Position numbers and translations under genes: made by a program. Positions 38,126-48,085 of a stretch of DNA of 64,000 bases are shown here, piece by piece. This stretch comes from Acidimicrobiia bacterium (lineage in GTDB: Bacteria; Actinomycetota; Acidimicrobiia; Spongiisociales; ZC4RG35). The notes below the pieces were generated by a model that was given only the letters and a program-made list of their open reading frames with translations, was not told the DNA's origin and did no database searches. The stretch is taken from positions 570-64,569 of the forward strand of contig DATGPZ010000082.1 in assembly GCA_035304485.1 (NCBI GenBank), read 5' to 3'. How positions within the stretch are numbered: the first letter of the stretch is position 1; every line of letters starts with the position of its first letter.

Positions 38126-39385
38126 ATGGAATCGGCAGCAGACCGCTCCCGGATCTTGGATCCCTCGCTCCATCCGGAGGGATCTCTGGCCATCGCCTGG
38201 GCCCGGCGGCATTCTCCCGTTCTCACGGGTCTGGTGGCTTCCACGTTCGAAGACGGTTCCCTGGAAGGAGTACGGGTGGCGGTGGTCGTCCACCTGGAGG
38301 CGAAGACGGCCCTCCTCGCCAGTGTGCTGGCCGATGCCGGAGCCGAGGTGGTGGTGGCCGGCAGCAACCCCCATTCCACGCGGGACGAGATCGCGGCGGC
38401 GCTCGTAGAACGAGGAATCGAAGTCCATGCCACCCGGGGCAGCGACTACGGAACCTGGGAGAAGGATTTACTGGCGGTCGCCGATCGCGAACCGATGTAC
38501 ATCGTCGACGACGGTGCCGAGCTCACGATCCGGATCGCCCGGCAGCGTCCCGACCTCTACCGCCGCCTCCGGGGGGTATCCGAGGAGACCACCACCGGCG
38601 TGGAGCGGCTGCGTCGCCTGGAAGCCGAAGGCAATCTCCCCTTCCCGGCGATGGCGGCCAACGACGCCGCTTGCAAGCACCTCTTCGACAACCGCTATGG
38701 AACCGGGCAATCCACCGTCCAGGCGGTGCTCCAACTCACCAACTTCGTCATGGCCGGCAAAGAAGTGGCGGTCGTCGGTTATGGCTGGGTGGGTCGAGGA
38801 ATCGCGACATACGTGCGAGCCATGGGCGGTCGCGTGTCGGTGATCGAGGTCGACCCGGTGAAGGGACTGGAGGCGCTCATGGAGGGCCATGAAGTCGGAT
38901 CGGCGGCTTCGGTCCTCCCCACGGCCGACATCGTCATCACCGCCACGGGCGGCATGCGTGCGATCGGAATGCGTGACTTTCCCCACCTCAAGCCCAACGT
39001 GGTGCTGGCCAATGCCGGTCATCACGATCTCGAGATAGACGTGGCCGCCCTGGAAGAGCAAGCGGGCGCGCCGCGCCAGGTGAGGCCCGGTGTCGATCGC
39101 TACGAGTGGAACGGAAAACCGATCAACGTCCTGTCGAAGGGTGCTCTGGTCAACATCGCCGGAGGCCTCGGGCACCCCATCGAGATCATGGACCTGTCCT
39201 TCTCCGTGCAGGGTCTCTCCCTCCACGAACTCGTCGTCAACGACCTCGATCCGGGAGTCCACATTCTGCCCAAACCTCTCGATGACGCCATCGCCCGGGC
39301 TCGCCTGGAGGCGGAAGGCGTCCACCTCGACTCACTCTCCTCCGAGCAAGTCGACGACATGGGCGACTGGATCGGAGGACGCTGA
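38126..39385 (+). CDS. Adenosylhomocysteinase-like protein A (divergent SAHH paralog)
   Basis: SAHH family blocks are conserved (ISEETTTGV, PAMAANDAACKHLFDNRYG, GYGWVGRGIA, HHDLEID, GHP), but the canonical STQDH block is STRDE. Start taken at MESAADR. Confidence 0.75.
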   Translation: MESAADRSRILDPSLHPEGSLAIAWARRHSPVLTGLVASTFEDGSLEGVRVAVVVHLEAKTALLASVLADAGAEVVVAGSNPHSTRDEIAAALVERGIEVHATRGSDYGTWEKDLLAVADREPMYIVDDGAELTIRIARQRPDLYRRLRGVSEETTTGVERLRRLEAEGNLPFPAMAANDAACKHLFDNRYGTGQSTVQAVLQLTNFVMAGKEVAVVGYGWVGRGIATYVRAMGGRVSVIEVDPVKGLEALMEGHEVGSAASVLPTADIVITATGGMRAIGMRDFPHLKPNVVLANAGHHDLEIDVAALEEQAGAPRQVRPGVDRYEWNGKPINVLSKGALVNIAGGLGHPIEIMDLSFSVQGLSLHELVVNDLDPGVHILPKPLDDAIARARLEAEGVHLDSLSSEQVDDMGDWIGGR

Positions 39386-40656
39386 TGGCCGATCGGACTT
39401 CCGACATCGTCGACCCGTCCTTGGCGGAGGCCGGTCGTTCCCGAATCGACTGGGCGGCCGATTTCATGCCTGCCCTAGCCGCCGTCTCGGCCGACCCGTC
39501 GGCGGAGGTCCTGCGGGGGCGCCGGGTCGGGGTGGTGCTCACGCTCGAGCCCAAGACTGCGAACCTGGCCCTGGCACTCCATCGCTCTGGCGCCGAAGTC
39601 TCGGTCTTCTGTTCGGGCACACACACTTCCGACGACGTCGCAGCGGCGCTCGACCGCGCCGGCGTCGCGACCTTCGCTCGCTCTGACGCCGATGCAGCGG
39701 TGGACCAGAGACTCCTCGATCGGTTCCTCGATCAACGCATCGAGTTCCTCATCGATGACGGGGCCGCCACCGCTCGACACATGCATACCCACCGCCGCGA
39801 TGCTCTGGAGTCCTTGGTGGGCATCGCCGAAGAGACCACCAGCGGTGTTCGTCCCTTGCGAGTCATGGCCGACGAGGGTGCTCTGGCAGTACCCGCGATC
39901 GCCGTGAACGACGCTGCCTGCAAGCAGTTGTTCGACAACGTCTACGGGACTGGCCAGTCGGTCGTCATGACGCTCCTCGACCTCACCAACACCCAGCTGC
40001 AGGGAAAGCTGGTGGTGGTCGTGGGTTACGGGTACGTCGGCAGGGGGATCGCCGACACAGCTCACGCCCTGGGGGCTCGGGTCGTGGTCACGGAGGTCGA
40101 CCCGGTTCGGGCCCTCCAGGCCCTGCACGACGGCTATCGAGTCGAGACCCTCGAGGCCGCCTCCCGAGAGGGGGACGTCTTCTTCACGGCGACGGGTATC
40201 GGGTACAGCCTCACCGGCGACCACATCCGGTCGATGAAAGACGGAGCCATGGTGGCCGTCGGCGGAGCGGGACCTCCCGAGGTGTCACTCGACGGAGGAA
40301 ATCCCGTTGTCAGGGGAGGGTTCGCCCGCTCTCAGGTGCGCGTCCTACAGGTCGCTTCCGACCGGGAGGTGCACCTCATCGCGGACGGCGAGTGCTGCAA
40401 CGTCGCCGCTGCCGAGGGGAATCCGATCGAGATCATGGATCTCTCCCTGGCCGTCCAGTTTCGAGCAGTCGTCTACCTGGCTCAGCACGCTGCCGGCATG
40501 GCGCCTGGGGTCTACCCGGTGCCGCCCGAGGTCGACGACCAAGTCGCTCGTGCCGTTCTCGGAGCCCGGGGGATCGAGATCGATGTTCCGACGGCCGCGC
40601 AGATTTCTCACGCAACCAACTGGAACGAGTCCATCGACGAGAAGGAAGCCAATTGA
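39385..40656 (+). CDS. Adenosylhomocysteinase-like protein B (second divergent SAHH paralog)
   Basis: 423 aa. Same SAHH blocks (AEETTSGV, AVNDAACKQLFDNVYG, GYGYVGRGIA). STQDH is replaced by TSDDV. TGATG-coupled to paralog A. Confidence 0.75.
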   Translation: MADRTSDIVDPSLAEAGRSRIDWAADFMPALAAVSADPSAEVLRGRRVGVVLTLEPKTANLALALHRSGAEVSVFCSGTHTSDDVAAALDRAGVATFARSDADAAVDQRLLDRFLDQRIEFLIDDGAATARHMHTHRRDALESLVGIAEETTSGVRPLRVMADEGALAVPAIAVNDAACKQLFDNVYGTGQSVVMTLLDLTNTQLQGKLVVVVGYGYVGRGIADTAHALGARVVVTEVDPVRALQALHDGYRVETLEAASREGDVFFTATGIGYSLTGDHIRSMKDGAMVAVGGAGPPEVSLDGGNPVVRGGFARSQVRVLQVASDREVHLIADGECCNVAAAEGNPIEIMDLSLAVQFRAVVYLAQHAAGMAPGVYPVPPEVDDQVARAVLGARGIEIDVPTAAQISHATNWNESIDEKEAN

Positions 40657-42005
40657 CCAACACCATCGCTCGCGGCCTTCGCCTCCTGGCTCTGGTCGCT
40701 TCTATCGCCGTCCTGGCCGCTTGTGGATCGGCCGAGGAAGGATCCAACAGCACGGCATCGAACGGAGCCGATGACCAGACCGCCACCACTCCGGCCGGTG
40801 GTTCGGGTGAGTCGGTGACGCTCGAGGTCTGGAGCTGGTTGCCGAACGACCACGAGAACGGACCCGACACATATGCCCAGATCTTCGACGCCTTCGAGGA
40901 GGCGAATCCGGGTGTGACCATCGAGCTCACCGCCTCTCCCTACACGACCTTCTGGGACTCGTGGCGGAACGCCTCGATCGCCCAGGTGGGCCCGGACGTC
41001 ATCTCCATGTACGGCGGTGCCACCGCCGGCGGCTATGCGTCCTCGCTGGTCCCGCTCCAGGACCTGCTCTCGCCGGAAACCGCCGAGAATCTCCGGTTCA
41101 TCGACTCGACCGTGAGCCCGGACGGGAATCTCTACGTCGCTCCCGCCGGCTCTTACGCCTACTACCTCCTCTACAACGCCCAGATGCTTTCCGACGCCGG
41201 ACTCGACCCGGACCAGGCATTCGCTACTTGGGACGATCTGCTGGCGACGTGTGAGGCTCTCTCGGCTCAGGGAACAACCCCCTTCGCCTCGGGGTGGAGC
41301 GACGGGTACGAGCTCGAGGGATACATGTACATCTTCATGACCCAGTTGCTGGACGACGAGGGCTTCGAATCCTTCGTCACCGGCCAGCTCCCGCTCACCG
41401 ATGAGCGATTCGCAGAAGGCATGAACCACATCGTCGAGATGAACGAAGCCGGCTGCTTCTCGGAGGAGAGCCTCGGTATGACGATGTACTACGACGCATT
41501 CGACGAGGTCATCGCCGGCGAGGCGGTCGCCTTCCCGGCCGGCGGCGGCGACACGGCCGTGTCGGCCGAGGAGAACAACGGCGAGGGCAGCATGGTGGTG
41601 GCCCCGTTCCCGATGGTTCCCGGTTCTCCCCACGAACGCATCTCGGATGCCGGTCCCAACCAGGGATGGTCGGTGACCAACTGGGCGGTCGACCAGGACC
41701 TGGCGGTCGCCCTGATCGAGCACATCCTCTCGCCGGAGTCCCAGCAGTTGCTGTGGGAGAACACCGACCTTCCGCCAAACCGCTCCGATCTGGCGGTCGA
41801 ATCAGACCACCCGCTCTTCGACGACTACCTGGGAATCATCGAGCACCCCACCAACCGGACGACGTTCATGGCCTTCACCGATGCCGCTCTGGCGATCTTC
41901 CAGAGGGAGGCCAGCAACCTGATCGCCGGACGGACGAGCGTCGAAGCCATCCTGGAAGAGGCCGATGCCGCCCAGCAGCGGGCACTGAGCGAACTCGGTC
42001 AGTAG
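40653..42005 (+). CDS. ABC transporter substrate-binding lipoprotein (family 1, sugar/nucleoside-type)
   Basis: TTG start with RBS gaaggaag. Lipobox LAAC. SBP_bac_1-like. The 537-aa track ORF is over-extended upstream. Confidence 0.7.
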   Translation: MTNTIARGLRLLALVASIAVLAACGSAEEGSNSTASNGADDQTATTPAGGSGESVTLEVWSWLPNDHENGPDTYAQIFDAFEEANPGVTIELTASPYTTFWDSWRNASIAQVGPDVISMYGGATAGGYASSLVPLQDLLSPETAENLRFIDSTVSPDGNLYVAPAGSYAYYLLYNAQMLSDAGLDPDQAFATWDDLLATCEALSAQGTTPFASGWSDGYELEGYMYIFMTQLLDDEGFESFVTGQLPLTDERFAEGMNHIVEMNEAGCFSEESLGMTMYYDAFDEVIAGEAVAFPAGGGDTAVSAEENNGEGSMVVAPFPMVPGSPHERISDAGPNQGWSVTNWAVDQDLAVALIEHILSPESQQLLWENTDLPPNRSDLAVESDHPLFDDYLGIIEHPTNRTTFMAFTDAALAIFQREASNLIAGRTSVEAILEEADAAQQRALSELGQ

Positions 42006-42024
42006 CGCCCGGAGGCTGAACGGG

Positions 42025-42912
42025 GTGCGCTGGGGAAGGGACAGAGCAGAACCGGCACGGTCGGCCCTCTTGGTGGGGCCGGCCGTGCTCCTCGTTGCCG
42101 CCATCCTCTACGGCCCCACCTTGTATGTCGGCTTCCAGTCGTTCTTCGACTGGCGACCCAACTCTCCAAGCCCTTTCGTGGGTCTGGACAATTACCTGAC
42201 GGTCCTGGGATCGGATTCCTTCCAGACCGTCATGTGGAACCAGTTCGTCCTCATCCTGGGGCTTCCGCTGTGGGTCATCGTGCCCCTGATGATCACGTTC
42301 CTGCTCCACAAGGATGTCAAGGCTCCCGGTCTGTGGCGGACCATCTACTTCGTGCCCGCGGTGCTCTCCCCGGCTCTGGTCGGCATCCTGTTCCGCGCTC
42401 TCCTCGGGTCGGACGGAGTCGTCAATGCCGGGTTGCGGAAGATAGGGCTCGACTGGCTGGCACTCGGCTGGTTGACCGAGCCTCATCTGGTCAAACCGGT
42501 CATCATCGTTCTCATCCTCTGGGCCCAGGTCGGAGTCGGGGTGGTGATCTTCAGCGCCGCCCTCAGCGCCGTCCCCGAGGAGCTCTTCGAGGCGGCCGAA
42601 CTCGACGGTGCCGGTTGGTGGACCCGGCTCACACGGATTGCGGTCCCATCGATCAAGGACGCCATCTGGTTGTGGGTGGGATTCCAGGTGATCGCCATCT
42701 TCCTCTTCATGTTCGGCTGGGTCTACGTCCTCACCGGAGGTGGGCCCGGCCTGGCCTCCACCACCATCGATTTCCTCGTGTATCAGGAGGTGTTCCGGTT
42801 CGGCTTCTTCCCGACGGCCGCCGCCATGTCGATGTTGATGGTGCTGGTCCTCCTGGCACTGTTCGGGGTCCCGGCAGCCTTGGTCCGGCGCCGCATGCGG
42901 GGGACGTCGTGA
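42025..42912 (+). CDS. ABC transporter permease (MalF/UgpA-like)
   Basis: 295 aa, 6 TM, EAA-like loop. Confidence 0.75.
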   Translation: MRWGRDRAEPARSALLVGPAVLLVAAILYGPTLYVGFQSFFDWRPNSPSPFVGLDNYLTVLGSDSFQTVMWNQFVLILGLPLWVIVPLMITFLLHKDVKAPGLWRTIYFVPAVLSPALVGILFRALLGSDGVVNAGLRKIGLDWLALGWLTEPHLVKPVIIVLILWAQVGVGVVIFSAALSAVPEELFEAAELDGAGWWTRLTRIAVPSIKDAIWLWVGFQVIAIFLFMFGWVYVLTGGGPGLASTTIDFLVYQEVFRFGFFPTAAAMSMLMVLVLLALFGVPAALVRRRMRGTS

Positions 42913-43733
42913 CCCGGAAGATGCGAGTGACGCTGAGGACCTCGGTGGCGGCTCTGCTCGCCATCCCCTTCCTCGTCCCGTTCTTCTTCCTGATCACGAT
43001 GTCGATCCGGACGGAAGCCGACTACCGGGCCGATCCGGTCGGATTGCCGACCACCTTCACATGGGACCACCTGACCGACGCCTGGGAGCGAGCCGATCTG
43101 GGTAGTGGGCTCGTCAACTCGCTGATCACCTCCGCCGTCGGTGTGGTGGTGGCATGTCTCGTCAGCATGGCGGCGGCGTACTGGTTTTCGATCCACCGGA
43201 CTCGCCGCGCGGACCGGCTCCGCTGGGCGATCGTCGTGGGCTACGCCTTCCCGGCGGTCATATGGCTGATCCCACTCTTCGTGATCGCTGCTCGCAACGG
43301 GCTCACCAACAACTTGATCGTCCTGGGTCTCGTGTATGGGGCATCGAACATCCCGTTCGGCGTGTACATGATCCACTCCTTCTATCGCCAGGTCCTCCGG
43401 AGCGAGATCATGGACGCGGCGGCTCTCGACGGGGCGGGGACCCTCCAGACCTTTCGCTGGATCGCTCTGCCCCTTGCACGTCCGGCGGTGGCCGCGCTGG
43501 CGGCGCTGGTGTTCGTGTGGTCGTTCGGCGACCTCTTGTTCGCGGTCACCTTTCTGCAGGACTCCTCGAAGTGGACCATCCCCATCGCAGCCGCCACTCT
43601 CGTCAGCCGCCAGACCATCACCCCTCAGGGTCAAGCGGCCGCTGCCCTGGTGGCATTGGCGCCGAGCTTGGTGGTCGTTCTCGTCGCCCAACGGGCATTG
43701 GTCCGTGGGTTCGGCGGAGGGAGTGCGGACTGA
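42909..43733 (+). CDS. ABC transporter permease (MalG/UgpE-like)
   Basis: GTG start overlapping the upstream stop. EAA motif EIMDAAALDGAG. Confidence 0.75.
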   Translation: MTRKMRVTLRTSVAALLAIPFLVPFFFLITMSIRTEADYRADPVGLPTTFTWDHLTDAWERADLGSGLVNSLITSAVGVVVACLVSMAAAYWFSIHRTRRADRLRWAIVVGYAFPAVIWLIPLFVIAARNGLTNNLIVLGLVYGASNIPFGVYMIHSFYRQVLRSEIMDAAALDGAGTLQTFRWIALPLARPAVAALAALVFVWSFGDLLFAVTFLQDSSKWTIPIAAATLVSRQTITPQGQAAAALVALAPSLVVVLVAQRALVRGFGGGSAD

Positions 43734-45025
43734 TGGCCGTTCAGCTCATCAGTGCCGACGTGGTGGTGCCTGTCGCCGGCCCGGCGATCGACGGCGGCGC
43801 CGTGGCGATCGAGGGCGGTCGGGTGGTCGAGGTTGGGACCCGTCGCCGACTTCGGACCGAATTCCCGGAGGCAGAGGAACGTCACCACCGGGGCGTCGTC
43901 ACACCCGGTCTCGTCAATGCCCATACTCACCTGCAGTTCACCTCCTTCGCCGAGATCGGTCGCCAGATCCACGACGGGTTCGAGGAATGGTCGGTCGTCT
44001 TCGATCGCAAGTACGGGCAGAGGGCGCCCCGTGAGGACTGGTACGGAGCCGTGCTCGCAGGAGCTCGCCTCGCTCTGGCGACCGGAACCACGACGGTGGC
44101 GGAGATAAGCACCGACTTCGAGGCCGTTCCGGCAGTGAGAGAAGCTGGCCTGGGTGGAGTCGTATATCTCGAGGCCCTCGGCCACACCTGGGACGCCTGG
44201 GAAGGAGGGGAGCGGGCCCGCTATCTGGCTGCCCTCGAGGATGCCCTCTCGATCCAGGACGACCGCGTCCGGATCGGGGTCTCCCCGCACGCTCCCTACT
44301 CGCTCGACACCGACGTGCTCACCGATATGGCTGCCATTGCCCGCGACCGGGGCATGCGAGTCCACACCCATCTGGGCGAGTCCGCATACGAGGACGAATA
44401 CTGCATGTTCGCCACGGGGCCTCTCGCCGACTTCGTGCGGGGATTCGGTCGAGGATTCCAGATCGTCGTCGAGGGCGGATGTGGTGTCGGCACGGTCGAG
44501 TTCAGCCACCGGATCGGTCTGCTGGGGCCCGACACCCACGTCGCCCACGGCATCTATCTGGACGAGCCGGGACGTGCCCTGCTGCGCGAACTCGACATCC
44601 CCGTCGCCCTGTGTCCCCGCTCGAACGAGGTGATCGGCCTGAAGGAGCCGCCGGTGGCTGCGTATCTGCGAGAGGGCAATCCGGTGGCGGTCGGCACGGA
44701 TTCGCTCGCCTCGTCCCCGTCTCTCGATCTCCTCGAGGACGTAACCGTGCTGTATCGGCTCGCCCAGGAGCAGGGATATGACGAGCCAGACCTGGCAGAG
44801 CGTCTATTTCGGGCTGCCACCCGTGGGGGCGCGTACGCCCTCGGCCTGGACCATCCCGAAGGCGTCGGTGCTCTCGCCCCCGGCCGGCAGGCCGACATCG
44901 CCGTCTTCGATATGGCAGTGACCGCCGACCACGCCCTGGAGGCGTTGGTACGGGAAGGCGCCGGTCGATGCGTCGCCACCTATGTGGGTGGAGAGGCGAT
45001 GACGGTTTCGACCGAATCGAGCTGA
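43733..45025 (+). CDS. Amidohydrolase-superfamily deaminase (MtaD / guanine deaminase / chlorohydrolase subgroup)
   Basis: Start MAVQLISADVVVP (TGATG coupling). Metal ligands VNAHTHLQF and HTHLGES. GTDSLASSPSLD matches the MtaD-type GTDG..SN..LD block. Confidence 0.75.
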   Translation: MAVQLISADVVVPVAGPAIDGGAVAIEGGRVVEVGTRRRLRTEFPEAEERHHRGVVTPGLVNAHTHLQFTSFAEIGRQIHDGFEEWSVVFDRKYGQRAPREDWYGAVLAGARLALATGTTTVAEISTDFEAVPAVREAGLGGVVYLEALGHTWDAWEGGERARYLAALEDALSIQDDRVRIGVSPHAPYSLDTDVLTDMAAIARDRGMRVHTHLGESAYEDEYCMFATGPLADFVRGFGRGFQIVVEGGCGVGTVEFSHRIGLLGPDTHVAHGIYLDEPGRALLRELDIPVALCPRSNEVIGLKEPPVAAYLREGNPVAVGTDSLASSPSLDLLEDVTVLYRLAQEQGYDEPDLAERLFRAATRGGAYALGLDHPEGVGALAPGRQADIAVFDMAVTADHALEALVREGAGRCVATYVGGEAMTVSTESS

Positions 45026-45047
45026 GCGAATCCGACGCTCGACGACC

Positions 45048-45410
45048 TCACCGGCCTGATTCGTCGTCGCCGGAGCCTCGTCCGCCTGGACGGATCCGGC
45101 TGGACAGTTCGTCGTAGTTCGTGGACGGGTGGAACTCCAGTCCTGCCCGAAACGACGCCCGGCCGATCAGATGGGCGCCGACGGGAGCCGTCATGAACTG
45201 GAAGACGATCACCAGCAACAGCTTGACGACCGCACCGGTGGCCGGGATGGCGATGGCGGCTCCGATCAGGGTCAACGCCAGACCGAGGGTCGTGGCTTTG
45301 GTGGCGGCATGCATTCGCGACAGCACGTCCCCGAAGCGGTTGATCCCGAGGGCCGCGATGGCCGCCAGCATGGCGCCTACCACGATCGATATCGAGGCGA
45401 GGGCCTCCAT
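45048..45410 (-). CDS. mrpG: Na+/H+ antiporter Mrp subunit G
   Basis: 120 aa. MnhG-like. Last gene of the mrp operon. Confidence 0.7.
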   Translation of the reverse strand: MEALASISIVVGAMLAAIAALGINRFGDVLSRMHAATKATTLGLALTLIGAAIAIPATGAVVKLLLVIVFQFMTAPVGAHLIGRASFRAGLEFHPSTNYDELSSRIRPGGRGSGDDESGR

Positions 45411-45676
45411 CAGGCCCCCCGCCGTTCGATGTACTTGGCGACGAGTGACGTTCCGGTGAACCCCAGGAGAGCCGTCACCACCATCGCGTCGAGGAACGTG
45501 TCTTGACCGGTTCGTGCCGCGAGGACGGCGAGGCTCAGCACGATCATGATCAGAAGAGCATCCAGTGCCACGATCCGGTCGGCCAGAGAACCGCCCCGCA
45601 CCAACCGGAGGAGACAGAGGGCCGCTGCGAGGCCCAGCAGGCCCAGGGCAACAGTGGTGGCGAACTCCAGCATCAA
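45410..45676 (-). CDS. mrpF: Mrp antiporter subunit F
   Basis: 88 aa. MnhF-like, 3 TM. Confidence 0.7.
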   Translation of the reverse strand: MMLEFATTVALGLLGLAAALCLLRLVRGGSLADRIVALDALLIMIVLSLAVLAARTGQDTFLDAMVVTALLGFTGTSLVAKYIERRGA

Positions 45677-46170
45677 CTGCCTCCCCTGGGAGTGCGTTCC
45701 GGAAACGCGGCCATGGCCAGTCTCTCGAGGTGGAGCAGTTCTTCCCGGCCTGCCTCGACCGATTCGAGATGGAGGACGTGGACCACGAGCGTCATCGTCT
45801 CCTCGATCACCTCGAGGGTCAGGGTGCCCGGAGTGAGGGAATCCATGTTGGCGACGAGTGAGGCGATTCGCGGCGACCGGGTCGTGAGCGGAACCGCGAT
45901 GACGGCCGCGTTGATGTGATCACGCGGGGTCAGGACCTCCCAGGCGAGAACCGCCGTCGCCTCGACGAGTTTCTTGACGAAGTGACCCACCAGCCGGAGG
46001 AACGCGATCGGACGAAACCCGTGGCTGACTTCGGGAGGATGGCTGGGTATCAGGAAAGTGGCGAGAGAGCCCGCCAGGATTCCGCCCGCCAGATTGGCCC
46101 AGCTGAAGTCCTCCCAGAGAGCCATCCACACCAGGGTGAGCCAGGTGATAGTGAGCGCCGTCCTTCTCAT
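45673..46170 (-). CDS. mrpE: Mrp antiporter subunit E
   Basis: 165 aa. MnhE-like. Confidence 0.7.
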   Translation of the reverse strand: MRRTALTITWLTLVWMALWEDFSWANLAGGILAGSLATFLIPSHPPEVSHGFRPIAFLRLVGHFVKKLVEATAVLAWEVLTPRDHINAAVIAVPLTTRSPRIASLVANMDSLTPGTLTLEVIEETMTLVVHVLHLESVEAGREELLHLERLAMAAFPERTPRGGS

Positions 46171-47660
46171 GCTCCCAACACCGCTTCGATGTACTTGGTG
46201 GAGTCCGCCATGACAGCCGCGGCGGTCTGGCCGAGGTCGTAGAGGGGCGTGGCGAACACGACGAAGGCCAGACCGGCGGCGACCAGGACGGCGGTCGACC
46301 CGACCATCAGGGCCGACAATCCGGTTTCGGGATCGTTTTGCCCGGCAGATTCAGGTACCGGATCGATCGGTGCCCCCCAAAAGGCCCCGGCCCAGATCTT
46401 GGTCATCGAGAAGAGCGTGAGAATGCTCACGGCTAGAGAGACCGCCACGGTGACATTCGCACCCGCCGCCAGCCCGCTCTGCACTAGTGACAGCTTGGCC
46501 ACGAACCCCGACATCGGGGGGACGCCGGCGAGGCTCAGGGCAGGAATGAGAAACAACGCTGCGATGAACGGACTGGAGTGCTGAAGTCCGCCCAGCCTCC
46601 TCAACTCGCCTGTGCCCGCTCGTTCCTCGATCAGGCCACCTACCAGGAACAAGGTCGTCTTCACGACGATGTGATGGACGACGTAGAAGACGGTGGCGGC
46701 CAGCCCCGCGGTCGTGAAGAGCCCAAGGCCGAAGATCATGTAGCCGATCTGACTGACGATGTGGAAGCTCAGGATTCGCTTGACATCGTTCTGGGCGATG
46801 GCTCCCAACACGCCCACCGCCATCGTGAGAGAGGCCACCACCAGGAGGAGGCTCGAACTCTCGTCGCTTCCGAAGAGCAGTGTCTGGGAGCGGATGATGG
46901 CGTAGACCCCGACCTTGGTGAGGAGACCGGCGAAGATGGCGGTGATCGGGGCGGCTGCGGTCGGATACGAATCGGGTAGCCAGAAGAAGAGGGGGAAGAT
47001 CGCGGCCTTGATTCCGAATACGACGAGGAAGAGGAGGCCGAGGGCGGAGCGAAGGCCCGGGTCGATCTCCGGCAACCTGACGGCGAGATCCGCCATGTTG
47101 ACCGATCCGGTGGCGGCGTAGACGAGACCCACCGCCGTGATGAACAGGGTCGAGGCGAGGAGGCTGATGACGACGTAGGTCGTGCCATGTCGTACCTGAG
47201 CTCGAGACCCTCCGAGCGTGATCAGCACGTAGCTGGCGACCAGCGTGACTTCGAAAGCCACGAACAGGTTGAAGAGGTCACCGGTCGTGAAGCACGCGGA
47301 CACGCCGGCCGCCAAGACCATGTACACCGGATGGAAGAACAGTTCCGTGTCGTTGGTCCGTGGACTCCCCGTCGCGTAGAGCAAGACCGCCAGGAGCATC
47401 GTGGATGAAACGGTCAGCATGATGGCCGAGAACAGGTCGACGACGAGCGTGATCCCGAGAGGGCTCTCCCAACCGCCGACCTCGACGACCACGAGCGCGC
47501 CGTCGCGGGTGGCCATCAACAGAGCCACCGAAACGGCCAGGGTCGCGGTCAGGGCGGTGATTCCCACAACACGCCGCAGACGCGTGAACCGCCCTAGGCC
47601 CAATGAGATGGCGGCGGCCGCCAGCGGAAGGACGATCGGGACCAGGGGACTGATCGTCAT
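46167..47660 (-). CDS. mrpD: Mrp antiporter subunit D (NuoN/NuoM-like)
   Basis: 497 aa. Proton-conducting membrane transporter family. Confidence 0.85.
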   Translation of the reverse strand: MTISPLVPIVLPLAAAAISLGLGRFTRLRRVVGITALTATLAVSVALLMATRDGALVVVEVGGWESPLGITLVVDLFSAIMLTVSSTMLLAVLLYATGSPRTNDTELFFHPVYMVLAAGVSACFTTGDLFNLFVAFEVTLVASYVLITLGGSRAQVRHGTTYVVISLLASTLFITAVGLVYAATGSVNMADLAVRLPEIDPGLRSALGLLFLVVFGIKAAIFPLFFWLPDSYPTAAAPITAIFAGLLTKVGVYAIIRSQTLLFGSDESSSLLLVVASLTMAVGVLGAIAQNDVKRILSFHIVSQIGYMIFGLGLFTTAGLAATVFYVVHHIVVKTTLFLVGGLIEERAGTGELRRLGGLQHSSPFIAALFLIPALSLAGVPPMSGFVAKLSLVQSGLAAGANVTVAVSLAVSILTLFSMTKIWAGAFWGAPIDPVPESAGQNDPETGLSALMVGSTAVLVAAGLAFVVFATPLYDLGQTAAAVMADSTKYIEAVLGA

Positions 47661-48085
47661 TCCGCTGGCTCCTGCGCTTCAGCCTCCATCCGCTCTCGCT
47701 TCTCCCTGGCCTCTTCACTTCGGGCGAAGCGGGCGACGGCAGCGGCGATCCGGCGGTCTTCGACGTCGTCTTCGACTTCGTCGGATCGGTTGAGAAGCCA
47801 ACTGCGATATGCGAGAGCCAGAAGAAAGGCGTTCACCCCAAACGTGATCACGATGGCGGTCAGGGCGAGGGCCTGTGGCAGGGGGTCTGCCACAGCCGAT
47901 GGCTCGTCGAGTCCCACGATCGGCGGTCGTCCGGCCCGTCCGCCCGCCATCAGCAACAGGAGGTTGGCTCCATGCCCGAGCACGGCGAGTCCGAGAACGA
48001 TCCGGCTCAGATTGCGCTGCAGGAGCAGATACGTTCCGGCTCCGTACAGCACCGCGATGGTGACGGCCATGGCAACGACGATCAT
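47657..48085 (-). CDS. mrpC: Mrp antiporter subunit C (NuoK-like)
   Basis: Start MIVVAMAV. 142 aa, 3 TM. The longer track ORF is over-extended. Confidence 0.7.
   Translation of the reverse strand: MIVVAMAVTIAVLYGAGTYLLLQRNLSRIVLGLAVLGHGANLLLLMAGGRAGRPPIVGLDEPSAVADPLPQALALTAIVITFGVNAFLLALAYRSWLLNRSDEVEDDVEDRRIAAAVARFARSEEAREKRERMEAEAQEPAE

Noticed and set aside
42234-43733. 499-aa plus ORF (N-terminal 225 aa)
   Set aside because: The N-terminal part is an alternate frame of the first permease gene. Only the region from GTG 42909 encodes the MalG-like permease.
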